A DNA stretch of 62,267 bases, filler included, from Sanchytrium tribonematis (Eukaryota), in NCBI GenBank assembly GCA_018985235.1. It is 5 parts of 5 records of this genome, joined end to end, with 100 filler letters (N's around TTAATTAATTAA, not from the genome) between each part and the next. Parts side by side here need not be neighbours in the genome. Positions count along the whole stretch, not along the records: positions 1 to 12,432 come from JADGIG010000218.1; 4 more parts are not named here. One strand, 5' to 3'. Both the position numbers and the translations under genes were made by a program. The notes under the pieces were generated by a model that was not told the origin of the DNA, ran no database searches, and worked only from the letters and a program-made list of their open reading frames with translations. Each line of letters opens with the position of its first letter. Position 1 is the first letter of the stretch. Below are positions 1-9,890 of this stretch, piece after piece.

Positions 1-687
1 GAAACTTCCTCATCTTCATCAAATTGTGCAATTAAAGAGTATTGATGAGTTGGAAATCACAGATTATCAAAAATCTGGAAAAGTGCTCGTGAAAGAATTG
101 GATTTGGATGTTTGGCATGTTCGAGATATCTTGTTGAAATTCCCTATAGTTGGACATCTATACGGAGCAATGACTCATATATTTGGGCAATTATTTAATA
201 AATTATTATAAAGCAAAAAAGTTTTGCTCCTTTTATCACTTCTTCTTCTCCAACAAACGCTAAGTTGCAGACAATTACTCAGAGAAAACCAAAAATTTGG
301 TCATCTATTTGAGTAATAAGACATGTATTCAACTATTATTTATCAGAAATTCTGTGTAATCTTGATCATTGGTGTATCGGTGAATTTGAAAAAGTATCAA
401 AAATATCCTTGAGGAATCTCAAAACATGTCCCAATTGGCTGACTATGTTGATTAAGTAATCTCAGTGATAGTGAGGTGTTCCGAGTGAAATGAAGTCGAA
501 ATCAAAAAAAATATTACCATTATTTATTGATTTTAAAATACTGACAGTATCGCATCCAGAAACATATTATTATTTACTTATTGAGTGGATTTGCATACAT
601 AATAAACTGCATTATTTAGGAATTTGAGTTGCCTAATAATTTTCCCCAGTTGAAGATAATGATAATTTTGACAAAATTTTAAAATCA

Positions 688-2170
688 TAAAGTCTTTACC
701 AGCTCAACTCCCCCCATATTTTAAAAATGTCAATAAATAATTACTTAATTCATATATTTATTCATTTTCACCAGTTGAATCAATGGTTTCTTGTGCTTCA
801 AATCGAGGAACATTTACATCAGAAACTTCCTCATCTTCATCAAATTGTGCAATTTCAAACTCTTCTGCAGTCATTGAGTATGTTGTTCCATTTAATAATG
901 CATTTACAACATTAGACCAATTTGAAAAGCGCTTAAATGATGCAATAAACTAAGAACTTAAGTTATATAAAACTACCTAAGCCAGTTGCATTTGCCATAT
1001 GTAATTCCTCCACATTTTCAGTCAAATAACAGGTTTTTAAAGTTTTAACAATTGTCTCAGGAGTCATTTTTGCCCATTCACAGACAATCCAGTCTCTTAA
1101 TTTTACAATTCCTGGTTTTTGGAAGACTTTGGATTTGTTTGGGTCTTATTGAAATTCATCAACTTGTTTATCATAGAAGTCTAAAATTGATTTTCTTATT
1201 GCAGCTCAACATCTGCAAGTTGACAATAACCTGTTGTTCCTGCTGGAAATTTAATAAATTCAATATTCGTATTCTGGAAGTATGATTCAATTTCTGATCC
1301 AATATGAGCGCTTGCTTGATCCCAAACTAACAATCAATTTCCAAACGGAAATACACAATCCATGTATTTCTTTAATAATTCTTGAGTAACCCAATTTTTT
1401 TTCGTATAACCGACAATCTTGTTGTTTGGATTTCAATTGTGTTAAACTTTGGAGCTGAATTTGTTGAATGTACAATTAATGGAATGATTTTTTCATGATT
1501 TTTTTCCACACTCGTTACGGGAATTTAATTTGCTCATGTGGTTGCTAATGTTCTTTTAGTTCCCACATTCATTCAAATTACAGTTTCATCTGCAAATACA
1601 ATCTGATCACTCGAATAAAGAGATAATATGCTTATAACTTGTAGAATATGTTTTGCTGCTGATTCAATCAAGTTTTAATCATCTTTTTTAACTAATTGTG
1701 TTGCTGCTTTAGGTACGAATTCATTTCGTTTTAACATACCTTCATACCGATTTCTTGGCGCTTTGATTGTTCCATCATTAAATGCTTCAAAATCTTGTTT
1801 TTCAATTCATTTATAAGTACTATCATAACTCATAATTGATTTGCATAACATTAAAAATTTGATTCTTTCAATAATAATATCATCAATGGATCCAAATTTC
1901 ATACTGTGCCCAATTGATACCATTTTACGACTGTTTCTACCTCAATATGTAAATATTTTATCAGCATTTTTTCTCCAACCTTTAATTGCTTTTGTTCTAT
2001 TTTGCAATATTTTTAATACTAATTGAACCTTCTAATAATTGTAATAAAGCTTTACGTTTTTGTTTGATCATTAAAAATTGTTATCTACGCGGATGATTTC
2101 CATTTGTCACTTTTAAAATTTGATGTTTGACCCATCTACCCCCGGGGGAGCTGAGCTGCCAAAGGCTTTA
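688..2170 (-). mobile_element. Degenerate pogo/Tc5-like DNA transposon (CENP-B HTH + DDE_1 transposase pseudogene)
   Basis: Imperfect 27-bp inverted repeats including the flanking TA: 688 TAAAGTCTTTACCAGCTCAACTCCCCC versus the reverse complement of 2144-2170 TAAAGCCTTTGGCAGCTCAGCTCCCCC (4 mismatches). The minus strand carries broken motifs IVFADET and LLVWDQASAH, typical of pogo DDE transposases, with many stops and frameshifts. Confidence 0.75.
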
Positions 2171-2704
2171 AAAGGCTAAGCTACAAGATGCAAAATCGGT
2201 CTGCAAAGGATGTCATAATATTAACACAAAAGACTCATTTTATTGCTATGGTAGCAGATGTGTTATTCATTATGGCTGTTTACAAAATCTTCAAGGATTT
2301 TTGTGCTGCAAATCAGATTGCTGAGTTCAACGAAATAAATCAAGTTTAAGTCAAATAAATGTCATTTTTGCTCATACTTTATCAATATCAATTGCTATAA
2401 TCTATTTTTAAGATGCTTATAATCCATCATGAAATTTTCCACCAATCAGGGTCCTTGCACATTAAGACATCGATTAACAGTTTCCCACCCGTCGATGGGA
2501 CCCTGCAACAACCGTCTTCCCTGGACCAGCGGATGACTGGAGCTGATTCAATCGTTCCGACATGACAATGTTTCGACGTGTTGAAACATCATATGTTGCA
2601 ATAATTGCGTCAATAGGGAATCACATGGCAACTTGTCTTCAAAATAAACGACATGTCGATTTAATTTTTGTCAATTTTGTCTGTCGAAAATTTGCCCTTT
2701 CGAC

Positions 2705-3853
2705 ATGGATTCACAAATCTCTTCTGATGATTCCGAAAACTCATTAGAGTCATTTATGAATGATTTGTTAATGCTAGATACCGAATTTTCAAGTATATGT
2801 CCCAAATTTGTTCAACGTGAGAGACAATCAATCCCAAAATCCAATTGGTGGGAATTTGTTTATCCCAGATTACAACCAAGTGCCTACAAGAAAATCTATC
2901 GTATGAGAAAGGAAACAGTACAAAGATTAACCCAAGTATTGTATTCATTTACTAATAATTCAGATTTCAAATACAATACACGGTCCAAATTCCACAAAGC
3001 TATTTGTGTTTGTTTACGCTATCTCACTAGACACAAACGTCAGTTTGATCTACAATTCGATTATAATTGCTCAGGTGGATATATTAATATGTATTTCAAA
3101 GACGTGGTTTACTTAATTATAAATCATTTATCTGATCAAGTAATGAGTTGGCCAAATTTAGATGAGAGAAAACTTGCTAATGATATTTACAATGTATATA
3201 ATATTTCATGCTCTCTTGGTTGCCTGGATGGCACCTTTATTTATTGCAAAGGGTATGGAGAGACACCTGCCAACTATACGTGTCGCAAATTTGATTTTAG
3301 CATGAATGTGATACTTGTAAATGATCATAATTTATTAATTCGTCATTTTATTTCAAACAACGTAGGTGCCAAAGGTGATAATGAAATAATTGAGCAATCA
3401 GATTTAAGTAGATTAATTCCGAGTATATTGGCATTTAAACACAATGGCGACCATTATAATAATAGTATTGGCTTACTACGTATTTTATAGTTGCTGATAA
3501 AGGTTTAAATAATTCAAATTATATTATTACCCCATTCAGTGATAGAGGAAGAATTTTTTCAACTCAAAAGCGCGCATTCAATTATTGGTTGAATCAGTAT
3601 CGTGGCACTGCTGAAACTACGATTGGCAAGTTAAAACTGAGATTCCTAATACTGAACGAAGGATTAACTCGACATATGTGGGAACAGCAGATGAAAACAT
3701 TCGAGCTTGTATTTATCTTCACAATTTTAGCATTATTAATGGGGATTTGATAAATAGGGATGAGTTGGTGGACGTTGAGTCCCATGAATTACCATTTGAA
3801 TGTTGTTTTTCTAAAACAAATAATGAAGATGTTGGGAGTCAAACAGTGAATTG
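2705..3853 (+). pseudogene. PIF/Harbinger transposase (DDE_Tnp_4), frameshifted
   Basis: ORF 2705-3490 has GCLDGTFI and YTCRKFDFSMNV. Other frames downstream give YFIVADKG, FNYWLNQYRGTAETTIGKLKLRF and RACIYLHN, all Harbinger motifs. At least two frameshifts. Confidence 0.85.
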
Positions 3854-4365
3854 ATTGATGAAGATAGTGGATATAGAACAGCAAGAACAAAATTATATCA
3901 ATACTTTATTCAGATCAGTTTATTCGTTTCTTTAATAATTCGAATTTAATTAATTTGTTATGCATTGAATTCATTACTAATTCAATTGATGATGCTTTGG
4001 ATTTTTGGGGTTTGAAAATTTTTCCAAAGTAGTCTTATAATGTCTTGCTCTTTGTGTTGTGAACTGTTTATCCCCCTCCCAATTCATTTCTGCTTGATTG
4101 GGTAGGTAATGTCATCCACATTGAAAAAATTATTGGGCATGTCCACCCCTCGCTTATTCGAGTCTCGTCTGATGTCATTTTCTAATTGGTAACAATATTT
4201 TAAAGGTTATTGGTGTAACCATAGACGATAGTATCCGAGCTGACCGTCTGACCTGACTTTGAAAGAAGCATTTATTGATTAATTCACGGGGTTTATTGAT
4301 TTGCTGAGTCTCAACATGTCTTAATTTATAAGAAAGTAAAGATTTCATTTTCAATTCTCGTTTTT

Positions 4366-4680
4366 ATGATCCTGGTGGTACAAATTGTGCAATTGTCATA
4401 TTACACACGAAAAATGGGAGAGACAATTACCAAAAAAACAAAAAATCATCAATCAAAAAAAGTCACTTTCGTTAAGAATGCGGGAAATATTGATGCAGCA
4501 TTAAAAGAAGCTGCTGAGGAAGCGAAGCTACAAAAGCAAACAAAGAAACAAACTGAAGTTGCAAATAAAATCAATCAAAATGAAGAGAATGTGAGCAAAT
4601 TGCCCGACCAGATTGACGTAACAGATTGTAAACATGAAATTATACAATCTGCACCTGATAGGGCCATTTCAATTTATTAA
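4366..4680 (+). CDS. Hypothetical Lys/Gln-rich ORF, probably a TE fragment
   Basis: 104-aa ORF in a TE-rich region with no recognisable motif. Confidence 0.2.
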   Translation: MILVVQIVQLSYYTRKMGETITKKTKNHQSKKVTFVKNAGNIDAALKEAAEEAKLQKQTKKQTEVANKINQNEENVSKLPDQIDVTDCKHEIIQSAPDRAISIY

Positions 4681-5179
4681 AATCTATTATTGGTCGTTTA
4701 GCGGATGTTAGCCCAGAGAAACAGACAAACAAAGCCATTCGCCAAAAAAGAACAAATCTTATGTAAATTGTTACATGATTCACATTTTAGAATGCAACAC
4801 TTTAAACTATAAAGAAATGTATGCAGTTTAAAACAAAATTGTTGTAAAATGTGCTCAAAATGTCACGCTAAATCATATGGAATTAGATCCATTTTGAAGA
4901 AGTTAATAAAGAGATAGTGCACTTGCACTTTGTTAGTGAATTAGCCCCTGTTGAGGCTTAGATGAATGCCCTGATTGCAATCCAAAAATTAGATATGAAA
5001 TTTAAAAATTACAACTGCCTCTCGAAAAAGCTACATCACAAGAAATTAAACCAAAAGGACAATGTGTAAGAATGAAAATTAAAATTTGAAACCCCAAATC
5101 ACCAGATTATCAAAAATCTACTTTGTTCATTTTAATAGAATTGCATTGCACCAAATAAGATTAAATCCCAATCAAATAT

Positions 5180-5827
5180 TTTCAAACTTTATTAAAAAAG
5201 AACGTGCTGTTTTGAAATACATACTTGAATCCACTTAACAAAATAAATTTCACCATGACATGTATGCTGAGTGTAACAAATATTATCTTTCGCCGCAAAA
5301 GAGCTTCAACTAAAACAATTACGCCCCATTCCATTGGATTTAAATCAAATTTCAAACAGACTTCAAAGTAATAATTAAAACATTCCGCGTTGATTAACAA
5401 ATATCCAAATGATTTTGAGCATCACCTGTCAATTGATGCAGAAATAATTAAGCATAAATCATTTAATAATGCAAAGTAATTGATGGCGAAGAGAATATAC
5501 TAGCCAATATTGAAAAATTGGCTGTTAAGGGCTTTATGATACACTCAAATTTTGATTAAGGATTTAATAAAGAATCGGATTGCTAAAATCCTTGAAACTC
5601 ATGCTAGAAAAAGAAAAAAATTCAATAGCAAGTATGTAGATTTGAGCAATATCAATCCAACATCAAATAGATATGAAAGATTGTTTAGTCCGGTCCGACA
5701 TATATTTACCAGTGTTAGAAATCGTTTGTCTCCAATAATGCTGAAAAATGCTGTATTTTTAAAACACAATACTAGTTGTTGGGATGTTTCCATTTCGTTT
5801 AAATTTTTATCTCATTATATGTTTTGA
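5180..5827 (+). pseudogene. hAT transposase remnant (C-terminal dimerisation domain)
   Basis: ORF 5552-5827 contains PTSNRYERLFSPVRHIFTSVRNRLSPIMLKNAVFLK, matching the hAT PxTSxxxERxFS...RNRL motif. The upstream part is decayed. Confidence 0.7.
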
Positions 5828-5910
5828 TAAATCAGAAAGGAGGACACGGAGAACGGACATTGGTTTGTTGGTTTTTAAAAGGAAGCAATACCTAGAAATC
5901 AATAAATTAA

Positions 5911-6409
5911 ATGGTACTACTTCTTTCAATTGATATTGGTAAAGTCAATACAATTTTTGTAGTAATGGACGTTGACTTTAACGATTACTGCCTTATAAAA
6001 TATGTACAAACGGCGAGTATCGCTACAGTTAGTCATCCATCCTTTAATCACATGACCAATGTATTAGTTCAAATTCCTAATACTTATTCTTTAGAGAAAG
6101 TAATAATTGAAACACAAGTACAAGCAGTTAACAATGTTTCAAACCGAAACATGTTTCTAAACAACTGTATTGTATCGTTCTTATATGGTTATTTTAACAG
6201 CCAAGGTGTAACAAGTATCGATGTAACACCACAATCAAGATGTAAGTTTCTGAGAAAGAAGTTGCATTTGCCTCAAAAAAAGTACGCTCATACTTTAGCA
6301 AAAGAAGCATCGTTGATGTATTTGAATACAAGTGACCTTATTTGGGGAAAAGTTGGACGATTTAGCTGATGCTGTCGCACAAGGTATTTTGGCATTTACA
6401 ATTCAATAA
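5911..6409 (+). CDS. RuvC-fold Holliday junction resolvase, poxvirus A22 / Ydc2-Cce1-like (one frameshift near the C-terminus)
   Basis: Motifs LSIDIGKVN and VIIETQ are in ORF 5911-6369. The +1 frame from about 6350 reads KLDDLADAVAQGILAFTIQ* (stop 6407-6409), supplying the last catalytic acidic motif. Reconstructed length about 165 aa. Confidence 0.8.
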
Positions 6410-6416
6410 ATATTTA

Positions 6417-7925
6417 TTAAGAATTTAAATTGTTTCTACGCACAATTTCTTTCAATAATTTAGTAAACGGCATTGTGAATCCAACATATGCTGCTTTAAA
6501 GGAATTTAGGTCGGTGTATTGTTCCATTACTTTTCCAATTACATTCCAATTGCTATACTTCTTTTGATCACGTCGATTTGTACACGTACCCCATTCTTTC
6601 ATTGGAGTGAATATCCCTACCGCTGGATTCACATTAAACCAATAATCCCACAAATCATCAACTGATTTTGGTGGTTTGGGAACAACACGTGATGTAGTTG
6701 TTGCAGCAAATGAATTGAGATTGGTTTGTCTTGGCTGTAGAGAAGGCTGCAAAACTGTAGTCTTTGTTACAGTTTTTGTATTTATTGGTGGTGCAATAGA
6801 TTGACCAGGTACTACTTTAGTTTGTGTATTAGGATTGTCATGCTCTCGAAGTATTCGTGCAACTGATTCAGCTATTTCATTTGGATTAAATTGAGGCTGT
6901 GGTTGTCTATGCATTTGTTCAGCCGTTTTAAGTAAATTAGTTGGGTCTATATTATTTGAAATGTTTTCAGTAATTAGGTAGGTCGCCATTGTTTTAGCGT
7001 CCGACCATCTACACCATGCCATAAGTTGATTGAAATCAAATCGACGAGTTGGCGACAGAAACACTCTAAAATAAGCACCCCCACGACGGAAACTATGCAG
7101 TGAGACACCTCTTGCAATGTTGGCATTAGATTCCGTCACATCATCAATAATTTGTTTAATCTTTGCTTGAATGCCTTTGGCGCTGTGGTGTACATCAACA
7201 TTTCCATCTGTTTCAAAACGATAACAAGAAAATAAATAATCATTTCTTCTAAGATTAGTTCTCAATGATTGTAAATGTTGCCTGTAGATATTATAAAAGT
7301 CAACAACGTTTAAACAAGAAACACCTGGTTCATTGTAGAGGTGATATACTCGTGAACCATTATTTACATTGGCGTGTTTAAACCATCTTAGACGTACAGC
7401 TAAATATGGCTGATTGTCAGAGTCTCTACGTAGTTCAACATCATTCCATTTAAAATCTAATACTTCGTTGATTCGGAAGCAACCAATAAATGTCAATGAG
7501 AATAGAAATTGATAATAAGTCTTAATAAATGGATGCTGGGAATTTAAACTTGACATTAACTCATTTAATTCAAATGTTGTTATTGGATGGCTCTGTAATT
7601 CCTCGTCAATATTATTACTTCTTCTATATTTTTTAAGCCCACTAACATATTTCTTTGCCTTTTTATCCTTAGCCGGATTATTTGCCATATTCTCAAACAA
7701 ATGTACAAGTGCGCTCTTTGCTTGATCAACGGATCGGGCCTTTTGACCTCTTTCTGCTTCATGATGTAGAAAACTCACAACATGATCCACTAATACTGTA
7801 TGTTCTGGATTATCAGATAATGGATTAGCTTCTAAAAATCGCTTATATCCTTTTATATAGGACGCATAACTTGCATGTGTATTGTTTGAAAGATGTGAAT
7901 TAAGAATCTCAGTAATTGTAGGCAT
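6417..7925 (-). CDS. Crypton-type tyrosine recombinase with C-terminal GCR1_C-like domain
   Basis: Intact 502-aa ORF from ATG 7925. Catalytic set: R (GCFRINE), K (WFKH), HxxR (HSFRRGG), W (WCRW), Y (MATYL). The C-terminal PKSVDDLWDYWF..G..PMKEW resembles the GCR1_C domain of Crypton recombinases. Confidence 0.85.
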   Translation of the reverse strand: MPTITEILNSHLSNNTHASYASYIKGYKRFLEANPLSDNPEHTVLVDHVVSFLHHEAERGQKARSVDQAKSALVHLFENMANNPAKDKKAKKYVSGLKKYRRSNNIDEELQSHPITTFELNELMSSLNSQHPFIKTYYQFLFSLTFIGCFRINEVLDFKWNDVELRRDSDNQPYLAVRLRWFKHANVNNGSRVYHLYNEPGVSCLNVVDFYNIYRQHLQSLRTNLRRNDYLFSCYRFETDGNVDVHHSAKGIQAKIKQIIDDVTESNANIARGVSLHSFRRGGAYFRVFLSPTRRFDFNQLMAWCRWSDAKTMATYLITENISNNIDPTNLLKTAEQMHRQPQPQFNPNEIAESVARILREHDNPNTQTKVVPGQSIAPPINTKTVTKTTVLQPSLQPRQTNLNSFAATTTSRVVPKPPKSVDDLWDYWFNVNPAVGIFTPMKEWGTCTNRRDQKKYSNWNVIGKVMEQYTDLNSFKAAYVGFTMPFTKLLKEIVRRNNLNS

Positions 7926-8034
7926 TTTATTTGTTTTAACTTGGAGTTCTAGGTGGGAAAAATTATGCATTTTATGCCATAAATATGCAGCCAATGGACA
8001 TGTTATTTGACTAGATTGATTGGCTACTGTCAAA

Positions 8035-9138
8035 TTAGTGTCTTGATTGGCTTAAGATGTCCAAAAATGTCCCAATTGGTGTCTTGCTAATGTCCGTTTC
8101 ATTTATTATGTCATTTTCTAAATGGGTGATTTTCTGATTCAAATTGAGAATAGATTGTTGATTTTCCTTTGAAATGGCCATTTGATTCAATTGATTATGA
8201 GTCAAGGTGAATTGTTGGTTAAAAATATCAATTTCATTTAATATTTTTGAATTTGGAATTGGGAAATCATATTCATATGGGGAAATAATAGGAACACCGG
8301 TGAATTCTCTATTAAGCGGATTCTTGCTAAGTAATTGGCGTGTAAATTGACTCAAATCTTCATTCATTAAACAGTCTAAATCCAATGGAAATGGATTTGC
8401 AAAAATATCCAAATCTTTTAATTTTTGATTTGTGCCTAATAGCATGAGAGAAATAATGAATAATCCCACTTCAAAATAATCCGTGTATCTTCTATTAATT
8501 TGTGTCTTTTCTAGTGTCTTTGGATCATCATAAACAGACTCAATTTTGAATTCTAAATTGTGAAAAAATGCGGATTTTAAATCTAAAGCGAGACCATATG
8601 GCTGTGCTACATATAAATTACAATCATCATCTACTGTGAAATCAAGTGGTGTATTGCGATATAGATACACATTATAATTGTGGAATATTTTGACGATATT
8701 CATTAATTGGTAAATAATGTAATATTTGCAATGGAATGGGAAATCATTGCCATGTTTAGATAGAAATGTATTTAATTGATGTAAATTGCGATGATTGTCA
8801 AATACCAGTCTAAAATAGCCATCATAATTGCAATATCCGAGATATTTTGGAAAGAAATGAAATTCATCTAATTTGTCAATAATTTGTAAATGGTTGTATA
8901 TTTTTAATTCAACTGGGTCAAATTCATTTTGTGCAATGTGCATTCTGTGTTTAAATTTGTAAAATGATTCTTTAGGTGGATTTCTTTTAATAATATGATC
9001 TTTTGCAAATAATTCAACACTGACTGGTTCGTCATTGTATATTGCTTCAAATACATGACAGTGAGTCAATTCGGTTGATCCTCTGCCAAAAATGTAATCG
9101 CCTACTTGAACATGCTCTAAAAATGGCAATTCGGACAT
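8035..9138 (-). CDS. Protein kinase-like (probable pseudokinase) with C-terminal coiled coil
   Basis: Kinase-like layout (FGRGS loop, FPKYLGY, IIYQLMNIVKIFH, TDYFEVG, LLSKNPLNR) but no canonical VAIK, HRD or DFG motif. Confidence 0.55.
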   Translation of the reverse strand: MSELPFLEHVQVGDYIFGRGSTELTHCHVFEAIYNDEPVSVELFAKDHIIKRNPPKESFYKFKHRMHIAQNEFDPVELKIYNHLQIIDKLDEFHFFPKYLGYCNYDGYFRLVFDNHRNLHQLNTFLSKHGNDFPFHCKYYIIYQLMNIVKIFHNYNVYLYRNTPLDFTVDDDCNLYVAQPYGLALDLKSAFFHNLEFKIESVYDDPKTLEKTQINRRYTDYFEVGLFIISLMLLGTNQKLKDLDIFANPFPLDLDCLMNEDLSQFTRQLLSKNPLNREFTGVPIISPYEYDFPIPNSKILNEIDIFNQQFTLTHNQLNQMAISKENQQSILNLNQKITHLENDIINETDISKTPIGTFLDILSQSRH

Positions 9139-9184
9139 GTGCTCCGAGTTTACTCCGATTGAAATATGAACAAATTTGATTTAT

Positions 9185-9688
9185 TTAAATGCCGGATAAC
9201 AATATAGCACCCATAATAGATGTAGAAATAAATGATGCAGATGAAAATTGCTGATCAGCTGCATTTGGATCTGTTGGAGGAGCTGGTACTCCGGAATCTG
9301 CTGGTGCACCTGGTGGAGGAGGAATTCCCGCATCTGCTGGAGATACTGGTGGCCCTGCTGGTACACCTGATGGTGGTCCGGTTTGTGGTCCTGATGGAGG
9401 GGAAGGAAATCCTGCTGGTGGAGCTGGAAGATCTGTTGGACCTGAAGGAGCAGGCGGAAATACTGTTTGTCCTGATGTTGATGCAGGTAATCCAGCTGGT
9501 GAAGATGGATCTGATGGACCACCAGCACCTTGAGCACCTTGTAATGCAGCAGGTAATTGGGAAAGACCAGCAGCTATTTGACTTTGCATTTCTGGTGTCA
9601 ATTTTGCTTTAAGTTCAGCAGGTATCTGTGAGGTAATATCGGATGGACTTGGAGGAGTCTGTGCTAAAATGAGCGAAATGGACAACAT
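9185..9688 (-). CDS. Pro/Gly-rich secreted, probably GPI-anchored surface protein
   Basis: Hydrophobic N-terminus (MLSISLILA), low-complexity P/G/A/S body, and C-terminal SSA followed by a hydrophobic tail. Confidence 0.65.
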   Translation of the reverse strand: MLSISLILAQTPPSPSDITSQIPAELKAKLTPEMQSQIAAGLSQLPAALQGAQGAGGPSDPSSPAGLPASTSGQTVFPPAPSGPTDLPAPPAGFPSPPSGPQTGPPSGVPAGPPVSPADAGIPPPPGAPADSGVPAPPTDPNAADQQFSSASFISTSIMGAILLSGI

Positions 9689-9890
9689 AACACCATAAAT
9701 AGCGAGTATTCTTTTTAATACAATATTTGCAAGAAATTAACCATCTGATTGGTACGACAAGCTAATTGCGAATATGCAACCACTCCAATCACAAGGACTT
9801 GACTTCAACACCAAGTGAAAATGACTTGGTTTGCAAGGGTGTCAAACAAATAGTTGCAAAATCGGAGAATCTCCTCGTTACAAATTCTGC

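Larger units (their letters stand above)
5852..8098. mobile_element. Putative Crypton-like element carrying a YR and a RuvC-like resolvase
   Basis: 10-bp inverted repeat AACGGACATT (5852-5861) / AATGTCCGTT (8089-8098), clustered GACAY motifs at both ends, and two convergent genes with stops 7 nt apart. Confidence 0.5.

Noticed and set aside
1..33. 33-bp direct repeat with 822-854
   Set aside because: A fragment of another copy of the pogo-like element at the contig edge. It is not an array or CRISPR.
2447..2506. CAGGGTCC/GGACCCTG inverted octamer upstream of the Harbinger ORF as a TIR
   Set aside because: Both arms are on the same side of the ORF, and I found no matching repeat downstream.
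3465..3490. Possible 26-nt GT-AG intron in the Harbinger transposase
   Set aside because: It would restore the frame, but the segment itself encodes TYFIVADKG, the expected motif context. A 1-nt deletion explains it better in an element that has other frameshifts.
5911..6409. RuvC gene as a Fanzor/TnpB RNA-guided nuclease
   Set aside because: It is only about 165 aa, with the first catalytic Asp at residue 8. It has no REC/WED region or zinc finger, and no downstream space for a guide RNA. The motifs fit A22/Ydc2 resolvases.
9181..9612. Overlapping ORFs 9181-9537 and 9232-9612, and many other short antisense ORFs in the track
   Set aside because: Shadow frames of low-complexity or well-supported genes, with no independent motifs.
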